A stretch of DNA of 32,000 nt. Source: Saccharothrix sp. (GTDB lineage: Bacteria; Actinomycetota; Actinomycetes; Mycobacteriales; Pseudonocardiaceae). This document shows, one piece after another, positions 24,882 through 32,000 of the stretch. The notes beneath the pieces were generated by a model. It was not told where the DNA came from, did not search any database, and saw only the letters and a list, made by a program, of their open reading frames with translations. Each line of letters opens with the position of its first letter. Positions within the stretch are counted from its first letter, which is position 1. The DNA lies in contig NZ_JAPSLK010000007.1 in NCBI RefSeq assembly GCF_031180885.1, forward strand, positions 114,455 to 146,454, in the 5' to 3' direction. The translations under genes were made by a program, and so were the position numbers.

Positions 24882-26036
24882 TCACAGGCCTTTCTCCACC
24901 GCTTCGTTCACCCGTTCGGGAGCGAGCAGGTGTTCGAGCATGAGGTGTGCCCCGCCGGTCACGCCCGCCAGGTGCTTCGCCCTGGTGACGCGGACCTGGA
25001 GGTGTTCGGTGGCCATCGCCAGGCACCGTTCGTACACCGTGGCGCGCACGCTGGCCACGAACGCCTCCGCGCCGCTGAGCCGGCCGCCGATCACCAGGGC
25101 GTCGGGGTTGAAGAAGTTCACCACCGTCGCGAGGACCTCGCCCGTCGCCCGGCCCGCCTCGCGCAGCACGCGGGTCACCGTGGGGTCCCCGTCACCGGCC
25201 AGCGCCACCACGTCGGCGGGGTCCTCGACCGGCACACCGGCGGCGGTGAGGTCGCGGATCAAGGCCGCGCCGCTCGCCACCGCGTCCAGACAACCGTTGC
25301 GGCCACAGGAGCACTGGACGTGTTCCTTGCCCACCACGGGAAGGTGGCTGATGTCGCCGGCCGCGCCGACCGAGCCGCGATGGGGCCGGCCGGAGGCGAT
25401 CACGCCGCACCCGATGCCGGTGCCCGCCTTCACGAACACCAAGTGCTCGACCGGGTCGACGGTGTGCTCGCCGATCGCCATCAGGTTGGCGTCGTTGTCC
25501 ACGAGCACGGGAAGCGGGGTCATCCGCGCCATCTCGGCCCGCACGTCCGCGTTGTGCCAACCCGGCATCCGCGACGGTGACACCACCCGGCCGGTCCGCG
25601 CGTCCACCGGCCCCGGCACCCCGACCGTGATGCCCCGCAGCCGGTCCGTCGGGCCCGACTCGCGCGTGATGTCCGCATGAACCCGCCGCAGCACCGACTC
25701 CGGGCCGTCCGCGATCCGCAACGGCCGGGACCGCGTGCGCAGCAGCGTGCCGCCCATGTCGAACAACGCCACCGAGCAGTGCCGGCTGCCGAGGTCGATC
25801 GCGGCCACCACGCCGAAGTCCGGGCGCAGCGCGAGCCGCCGCGGGCGCCGACCGCCCTGCGACTGCCCGGCCCCCACCTCGTGCAGGTAGCCGTGGTCGA
25901 TCAGCGACTGGACGCGCAGCCCGGCGGTCGACGCGGACACCCCGATGCTCTTGGCCACGTCCGACCGCGACGCCGCCACACCGGCCCGGATGAGCTGGAG
26001 CACGGCCCCCGGTGAATCGGGAGCGACACCTGCCAT
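24882..26036 (-). CDS. ROK-family transcriptional regulator (wHTH plus ROK sugar-kinase-like domain)
   Basis: N-terminal wHTH (VLQLIRAGVAASRSDVAKSIGVSASTAGLRVQSLIDHGYL), ROK glycine-rich motif (VKAGTGIGCGVIASG) and Zn motif (CSCGRNGCLD). The preferred start is ATG 26036; the ORF extends to 26108. Confidence 0.85.
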   Translation of the reverse strand: MAGVAPDSPGAVLQLIRAGVAASRSDVAKSIGVSASTAGLRVQSLIDHGYLHEVGAGQSQGGRRPRRLALRPDFGVVAAIDLGSRHCSVALFDMGGTLLRTRSRPLRIADGPESVLRRVHADITRESGPTDRLRGITVGVPGPVDARTGRVVSPSRMPGWHNADVRAEMARMTPLPVLVDNDANLMAIGEHTVDPVEHLVFVKAGTGIGCGVIASGRPHRGSVGAAGDISHLPVVGKEHVQCSCGRNGCLDAVASGAALIRDLTAAGVPVEDPADVVALAGDGDPTVTRVLREAGRATGEVLATVVNFFNPDALVIGGRLSGAEAFVASVRATVYERCLAMATEHLQVRVTRAKHLAGVTGGAHLMLEHLLAPERVNEAVEKGL

Positions 26037-26061
26037 GGCACCTACTTGCTGCGACCGAACC

Positions 26062-26091
26062 TTGACTTGCTTCGATTTTCGCACATACCGT
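26062..26091 (+). promoter_or_regulatory. Candidate sigma-70-type promoter for the ABC-importer operon
   Basis: TTGACT (26062-26067), an 18-nt spacer, then TACCGT (26086-26091). GGGAGGG precedes the ATG at 26121. The 9-bp inverted repeat CTTGCTGCG (26045-26053) / CGCAGCAAG (26101-26109) brackets this element. Confidence 0.35.
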
Positions 26092-26120
26092 GCTGATCGA
26101 CGCAGCAAGCGGGAGGGACC

Positions 26121-27032
26121 ATGAACCTTCGCACGGTGCTTGTAGTCAGCGGCCTGCTCGCCACGGCGCTCGCCGGGTGCGGCGGCGGAGGCGGGTCCGC
26201 CGTACCGCCTGCGGCCACCAGCCCCGACCTCTTAACGGGCGCGCCCATCGCGGACGCAGCCGCGATCCCGCCCGGCTCGACGATGGAGCGGATCAAGAAG
26301 CGGGGCAAGCTGATCGTCGCCGAGGCCCTCGACGCGCCACTGCTGTCCCAGCAGAACCCGACCAATCCCGACGAGGTCACCGGGTTCGACGCCGACCTGG
26401 CCAAGCTGCTCGCCGTGTACATCCTCGGCAAGCCCGAGGTCGAGATCGTCCCCCCGGCCACCGAGACCCGCGAGGCCCTGCTCGCCAACGGCACGGTGGA
26501 CGTCGTGTTCAACACCTACACGATCACGCCGGAACGGTCCGAGCAAGTCACCTTCGCCGGCCCCTACTTCCTGTCCGGCCTCGCCGTGGCCGTCAAGACC
26601 GGCACCACGGGGATCAAGGGCATCGACGACCTCGCCGGCAAGAAGGTCATCGTGGGCGCGAACACCCCGGCGGTCACCGAAGTGCCCAAGCGGCAACCCA
26701 CCGCCGCCGTGATCTCCTTCGGCACCGACCCGCAAGCCGTCACCGCGCTGCTGCAGGGCCGGGGCGACGCGTACGTCCAGGACCTCACCCTGCTGGCGAG
26801 CAACGCCAAGGCCAACCCGCAACTGACCGTCGTCGGCAACCCGTTCACCACCGAGCCCTACGGCATCGGGCTCAAGCACGGCGACACCGACTTCAAGCAG
26901 TTCGTCAACGACTGGCTCAAGAAGATCCAGGACAACGGCCAGTGGGCCGCCGCGTGGCGCAACTCGCTGGGCACGGTCGTGGACGCCGACCCACCGACCC
27001 CACCGGCCATCGGGTCGGTGCCCGGCTCCTGA
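26121..27032 (+). CDS. Amino-acid (glutamate-type) ABC transporter substrate-binding lipoprotein, family 3 SBP
   Basis: Signal peptide with lipobox LAGC (MNLRTVLVVSGLLATALAGCGGGGG). The SBP body reads KLIVAEALDAPLLSQQN...GFDADLAKLLA...VDVVFNTYTITPERSEQVTFAGPYF...YGIGLKHGD. Its stop overlaps the next start (TGATG at 27030-27034). Confidence 0.85.
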   Translation: MNLRTVLVVSGLLATALAGCGGGGGSAVPPAATSPDLLTGAPIADAAAIPPGSTMERIKKRGKLIVAEALDAPLLSQQNPTNPDEVTGFDADLAKLLAVYILGKPEVEIVPPATETREALLANGTVDVVFNTYTITPERSEQVTFAGPYFLSGLAVAVKTGTTGIKGIDDLAGKKVIVGANTPAVTEVPKRQPTAAVISFGTDPQAVTALLQGRGDAYVQDLTLLASNAKANPQLTVVGNPFTTEPYGIGLKHGDTDFKQFVNDWLKKIQDNGQWAAAWRNSLGTVVDADPPTPPAIGSVPGS

Positions 27033-27676
27033 TGGCGGCCCTGCTCGACAACCTCGCGCCGCTGCTGCACGGCCTGCTGACCACGCTGTGGATGGCGGCG
27101 CTGTCGGCGGCGGGCGCGCTGGTGCTGGGCGTCGTGGTGACGGCCATGCGGGTCAGCCCGGTGCCGGTGCTGCGGGGTGTGGCGTTCGGGTACGTGCAGC
27201 TGTTCCTGAACGTGCCGCTGCTGGCGTTGCTGGTGCTGTTCGTGTTCGCGTTGCCGGACGCGGGCGTGCTGATGCCGTTGCCCGCCACCGCCGTGGTCGT
27301 GCTGGTGGTCTACGAGGCCGCGTACGTCGCCGAGGCCGTGCGCAGCGGCGTGAACACCGTCGTGCTGGGGCAAGCGGAGGCGGCCCGCGCGTTGGGCCTG
27401 ACCTTCCGCCAGGCGCTGGGCTCGGTGATCCTGCCGCAGGCGCTGCGGGCCGTGGTGCAACCGCTCGGCAACGTCATGATCGCGTTGGTGATGAACACGT
27501 CGTTGTTCGCGGCGGTGGGCATCGTCGAACTCACCGCGGCGGCCAACAAGACCAACCTCGTGCACGCCCAACCGATCCCGATCTTCGTGGGCGCGGGGCT
27601 GACGTACATGGGTCTGGCGCTGCTGATCGGTCTGGGCACCGGCTGGGTCGAGCGGCGGGTGGCGATCCTGCGATGA
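27032..27676 (+). CDS. Amino-acid ABC transporter permease (GluC-like)
   Basis: 214-aa hydrophobic protein carrying the EAA-type loop (EAAYVAEAVRSGVNTVVLGQAEAARALGLTFRQALGSVILPQALR). It sits in the tail of the fused track ORF 26090..27676. Its start is coupled to the upstream stop, and its stop overlaps the next start (ATGA at 27673-27676). Confidence 0.85.
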   Translation: MAALLDNLAPLLHGLLTTLWMAALSAAGALVLGVVVTAMRVSPVPVLRGVAFGYVQLFLNVPLLALLVLFVFALPDAGVLMPLPATAVVVLVVYEAAYVAEAVRSGVNTVVLGQAEAARALGLTFRQALGSVILPQALRAVVQPLGNVMIALVMNTSLFAAVGIVELTAAANKTNLVHAQPIPIFVGAGLTYMGLALLIGLGTGWVERRVAILR

Positions 27677-28449
27677 CCCTCCTCCACGACACCCCGGGGC
27701 CGCGCGCCCGGCGCCGGATCTTCGTCTGGTCGGTGGTCAGCGGGCTGGTGTTCGCCGGGCTGCTGGGGCTCGCGGTCGCGCGGTTCGCCGCCCACGGGCA
27801 GCTCGACGCGGCCCGGTGGGCGCCGTTCGCGCAGTGGCCGATCTGGCAGTACCTGCTCGTCGGCCTGCTCGGCACGCTGGAGGCGGCGGCGCACGTGGCC
27901 GTGCTGAGCGCGGTGGCCGGGGTGTTCCTCGCGTTGGGCCGGCTTTCGCGCGTTCGGGTGGTGCGGTGGCTCGCCACCGGCTACATCGAGGTCGCGCGGA
28001 CGGTGCCGGTGCTGCTGATGATCTACGTGACGCTGTTCGCGCTGCCCGGCGTCGGGGTGAACCTGCCGCTGCTGTGGAAACTGGTGCTGCCGTTGACGGT
28101 CGCGAACTCGGCGGCGTTCGCGGAGATCTTCCGCGCCGGCGTGCTGAGCCTGCCCAGCGGGCAACCGGAAGCCGCGCTGTCGCTGGGGTTGACCCGGGCG
28201 CAGACCATGCGGTTCGTGGTGCTGCCGCAGGCGGTCCGGCACGTGACGCCGTCGTTGGTGAGCCAGTTGGTGAGCCTGGTGAAGGACACCTCCCTCGGCT
28301 ACGTCGTGGCCTTCACCGAACTGCTGCACCGCGCGCAGGTGCTGTCGGCCTACAACCACCTGCTGGTGCAGACGTTCCTCGTCGTCACGGTGATCTACTT
28401 GGTGTGCAACGGCTCCCTGTCGTTCGTGGCCCACCGGCTCCGGCGGTGA
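27673..28449 (+). CDS. Amino-acid ABC transporter permease (GluD-like)
   Basis: 258 aa: MTLLHDTPGPRARRRIFVWSVVSGLVFAGLL... It has the EAA-type loop (NSAAFAEIFRAGVLSLPSGQPEAALSLGLTRAQTMRFVVLPQAVR). It is translationally coupled to the preceding permease. Confidence 0.85.
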   Translation: MTLLHDTPGPRARRRIFVWSVVSGLVFAGLLGLAVARFAAHGQLDAARWAPFAQWPIWQYLLVGLLGTLEAAAHVAVLSAVAGVFLALGRLSRVRVVRWLATGYIEVARTVPVLLMIYVTLFALPGVGVNLPLLWKLVLPLTVANSAAFAEIFRAGVLSLPSGQPEAALSLGLTRAQTMRFVVLPQAVRHVTPSLVSQLVSLVKDTSLGYVVAFTELLHRAQVLSAYNHLLVQTFLVVTVIYLVCNGSLSFVAHRLRR

Positions 28450-28454
28450 ACCGG

Positions 28455-28985
28455 TCACTCCCAGGTCACCTGGAGCAGGTCGGAGGTGAGTTGGGTCAGG
28501 CCGTTCACCGCGCAGTCCGCGTTGGTGTGCAACACGATCGGGTAGGCGTTCGCGGTGTCGCCCACCAGCGGGCCACTGGTGAAGTAGGCGCTGATCGTCA
28601 GGCGCCCGGAGGACGGGTCGGTGTTGACGGTGATCCGGAACTTGCTCTTCTCCCCCGTGTTCCAGGTCAACACCGCGCCTTCGAGGATCGTCATGACCGG
28701 CGCGCACGGCGCCGTGCCCAACGGCCTGCTCACCGTGCCGACCCCGGTCCGCACACCCGACTTCAGGCGCGTGTACCGACCGTTGGGCGACACGCAATCC
28801 ACAAGCCCACCGCCCACGTCGGCCGTCGCCGTGGTGTTGGTGGCGGTCAACGGCGGGTCGAAGTTGAACTGGAAGTTCCCGGTGCACGTCAGATCCCCGG
28901 TCGCCGCCCGCGCCACCGCACCGGGGATGAGCGCCGTCACCAGGGCGATGACGAGCACGGCAACCGCACGGGGCGAACGCTTCAT
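28455..28985 (-). CDS. Small secreted protein of unknown function (176 aa)
   Basis: The track ORF 28455..29624 is over-extended. ATG 28985 is preceded by GGGAGG. The signal peptide is MKRSPRAVAVLVIALVTALIPGAVARA/ATGDL. The mature part is Thr/Gly/Val-rich with 4 Cys. I do not recognise a family. Confidence 0.65.
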   Translation of the reverse strand: MKRSPRAVAVLVIALVTALIPGAVARAATGDLTCTGNFQFNFDPPLTATNTTATADVGGGLVDCVSPNGRYTRLKSGVRTGVGTVSRPLGTAPCAPVMTILEGAVLTWNTGEKSKFRITVNTDPSSGRLTISAYFTSGPLVGDTANAYPIVLHTNADCAVNGLTQLTSDLLQVTWE

Positions 28986-29279
28986 GAGTGCCTCCCGGAA
29001 GCGAGCCGAACCGGACAAATCCCACCGAAATCCTCCGGTCGCCGCACGACACCTGCCAAGCCGCCATTGGAGTAGAAGACTCCGCCGACCGGCGCAGCGA
29101 AAAACGGATTCATCGGACTTGGACATTCGGCGCGGTAACGCTCGCGCCAATGTGCGCCGGAAACCTTGGAATCCATCCGGTTGTCGCGCACGGCGGTCGA
29201 GAAGTCCCCGAAGAACTTCGACCAACGCATCGGCCGCCGGGCGGCCGGGTACCCGGAGGCGGACAGTGGAGGTGTGGCG

Positions 29280-29684
29280 ATGAGGACGTTCGAGGGTTCC
29301 GTGGACGTGGCCGCGTCGGCGGACGTCGCCTACGGGTTGTGGCTGGAATGGGTCGCCGAACCCGGTGCCGAGATCACCGGACAGCGACCGCACGAGTTCA
29401 TCGCCTGGCGGGCACCGGCGGCGCCGCTGCGGATCGGTACGGCGTTCTTCCGCCCGCTCGACGGCGGCACCACGAGGCTGGACGTGCGGGTGGTCGTCGA
29501 GCCGCACGGGATCTACGAGGAGGCCCTCGCCGCGAGCGACCTGACCACCCCCGGCACCGACCTCGCGGGCTTCAAGGACTTCGCCGACCACCACCACGCG
29601 GCCACCCCGCCGGACACCCGCCACCGAACGCCACCCGCTCCGACCAGGATGCCCGGCATCGGCAGGGCCATGGGCAAACCCTGA
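29280..29684 (+). CDS. SRPBCC (cyclase/dehydrase-like) family protein, apparently shortened
   Basis: ATG 29280 lies 7 nt after GGAGG (29268-29272). The sequence MRTFEGSVDVAASADVAYGLWLEW...EFIAWRAP...GTAFFRPLDGGTTRLDVRVVVEP...DLAGFKDFAD follows the SRPBCC pattern, but about 30-35 residues appear to be missing from the middle. The tail is Pro/His-rich. Confidence 0.45.
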   Translation: MRTFEGSVDVAASADVAYGLWLEWVAEPGAEITGQRPHEFIAWRAPAAPLRIGTAFFRPLDGGTTRLDVRVVVEPHGIYEEALAASDLTTPGTDLAGFKDFADHHHAATPPDTRHRTPPAPTRMPGIGRAMGKP

Positions 29685-29689
29685 ACCGC

Positions 29690-29727
29690 GGCTGCCCGGG
29701 TCCCGCGCTCGCAGGACCCGGGCAGCC
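29690..29727. terminator. Perfect 14-bp-stem hairpin between convergent genes (putative bidirectional terminator)
   Basis: GGCTGCCCGGGTCC (29690-29703), loop CGCGCTCGCA (29704-29713), GGACCCGGGCAGCC (29714-29727). It lies between the stop codons at 29684 and 29731. Confidence 0.6.
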
Positions 29728-29730
29728 GGC

Positions 29731-31332
<1,602 letters not shown>

Positions 31333-31417
31333 GAGGGGAATGCCTCCGACAAGAGGTGATGCGCGGAAAGGACGAGTCCGGCACCGCGGTCCGCGGCACC
31401 GGTGGAGGCGTCGTCCC

Positions 31418-31441
31418 TCAGAGGAACAGCAGTTGCTGCAT
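31418..31441 (-). other. Candidate 7-codon leader uORF (MQQLLFL*) upstream of the ABC-F gene
   Basis: Minus-strand sequence ATG CAG CAA CTG CTG TTC CTC TGA (31441-31418), with GGTGGA 4 nt upstream of the ATG. A 10-bp GC-rich hairpin (31402-31378) lies 15 nt downstream. This could be a chance ORF. Confidence 0.25.
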
Positions 31442-31477
31442 CACGTCCACCACGGTAGCCGAGCCCGGAGTCGGAGA

Positions 31478-31613
31478 CACCCGGATTCCGGCGTCGGTCA
31501 CACCACGACGGCACCCGGGTTCCGGTGTGGGTCACACCACGACGGCACCCGGATTCCGGCGCGGGCCGCACCAGGGCGGCATCCGGATTCCGGCGCGGGT
31601 CGCACAAGGGCGG
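31478..31613. repeat. Four imperfect tandem copies of a 34-bp unit, each with a CCGGAWTCCGG-type dyad
   Basis: The copies are at 31478-31511, 31512-31545, 31546-31579 and 31580-31613. The approximate consensus is CACCCGGATTCCGGCGYGGGTCRCACCAXGRCGG. They lie in the 420-bp gap between the divergent ABC-F and lipoprotein genes. Confidence 0.9.
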
Positions 31614-31752
31614 CGGTGTGTCGGACCGCAACAGCCGGCCCCGGCGATCTTGGACAACTCCTTACTCTCTGCTGTCACTTTCCTGGCCTGTTCCTGGCTG
31701 ACGTACCTCCAAAGTGGAGGGTGTCACCCGAACAGGACCAAGGAGTTTGACG

Positions 31753-32000
31753 ATGAGCAACAGGTTGCGTGTCCGGGTCACGGCGGCGGCCGGCGCGGTC
31801 ATCGCGGTGGCCGCGCTCGCGGGGTGCGGCAGCGGGACCGCCGCGGCGGGCGGCGGCACGGCGGCGACCGGCAGCAGCACGGCGGCGGGCGGCGCGCAGG
31901 CGGCCCGGCCCACCACCCAGGAGGTGCAGGCGCTGTTCGACGAGTGGAACCGGGCCCTCGCGACGCTCGACCCGGCCAAGGTCGCCGACCGCTACACGAC
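31753..32000 (+). CDS. Lipoprotein with an NTF2-like (DUF4440/SnoaL-type) domain, 3'-truncated by the window edge
   Basis: Not in the ORF track because there is no stop codon in the window. ATG 31753 lies 7 nt after AAGGAG (31740-31745). The sequence is MSNRLRVRVTAAAGAVIAVAALAGCGSG (lipobox LAGC), then an Ala/Gly-rich linker, then TTQEVQALFDEWNRALATLDPAKVADRYT. Confidence 0.65.
   Translation, partial: MSNRLRVRVTAAAGAVIAVAALAGCGSGTAAAGGGTAATGSSTAAGGAQAARPTTQEVQALFDEWNRALATLDPAKVADRYT

Noticed and set aside
24808-25026. A 73-codon N-terminal extension of ORF 24376..25026 (-)
   Set aside because: It is Arg/Pro/Gly-rich and overlaps the 3' end of the ROK regulator gene. The PPOX-family homology begins at the Met encoded at 24807.
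26090-27031. The first 314 codons of ORF 26090..27676 (+), which appear to fuse an upstream region to the permease
   Set aside because: This part is a shadow frame over the SBP gene (26121..27032). The permease starts at ATG 27032, which overlaps the SBP stop.
28986-29624. The upstream part of ORF 28455..29624 (-), and ORFs 28621..29283 (+) and 28988..30043 (+)
   Set aside because: Their composition is non-protein-like. The secreted protein has a strong internal start (GGGAGG plus ATG 28985, followed at once by a signal peptide). The region 28986-29279 behaves as a divergent intergenic region.
31478-31613. The possibility that the 34-bp tandem array, or the 20-bp repeats at 2565-2604, is a CRISPR array
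   Set aside because: The units are directly adjacent with no unique spacers, there are only 2-4 copies, the copies are imperfect, and no cas genes are nearby.

Overview
This is a very GC-rich, actinomycete-type window with strong GC3 codon bias. A compact modular type I polyketide synthase (PKS) locus on the minus strand dominates it. Two co-directional PKS genes appear to form a complete assembly line. The first (9128-22426) reads KSQ-AT-ACP / KS-AT-DH-KR-ACP / KS-AT-DH-KR-ACP, and the second (2688-9098) reads KS-AT-DH-KR-ACP-R. The line starts with a decarboxylating KSQ loading module and ends in an NAD(P)H thioester reductase domain rather than a thioesterase. A class III PLP aminotransferase (22668-24278) is transcribed divergently from the PKS promoter region. 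An imine-reductase-like gene sits at the left edge (1-848, minus) and is missing from the supplied ORF track because it runs off the window. Other neighbours are a GlxA/AraC regulator, an NTF2/SnoaL-like protein and a PPOX-class oxidoreductase. Together these fit the logic known for actinobacterial polyketide alkaloids: reductive release, then transamination, then imine chemistry. This locus has only three extension modules, so the predicted product is a C8 conjugated trienal or trienylamine, shorter than the characterised systems I can recall. Module 2 is atypical in its AT, DH and KR motifs. The right third of the window holds ordinary-looking genes. These are a ROK regulator, a gluBCD-like amino-acid ABC importer with no ATPase gene, a small secreted protein, a shortened SRPBCC protein, an ABC-F ATPase and a partial lipoprotein. 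The ABC-F gene is preceded by a short uORF plus hairpin and by a 4 x 34-bp tandem repeat. I saw no rRNA, tRNA, CRISPR array or transposase. The long plus-strand ORFs opposite the PKS genes are shadow ORFs. All family assignments come from motif recognition by eye; no database search was possible.
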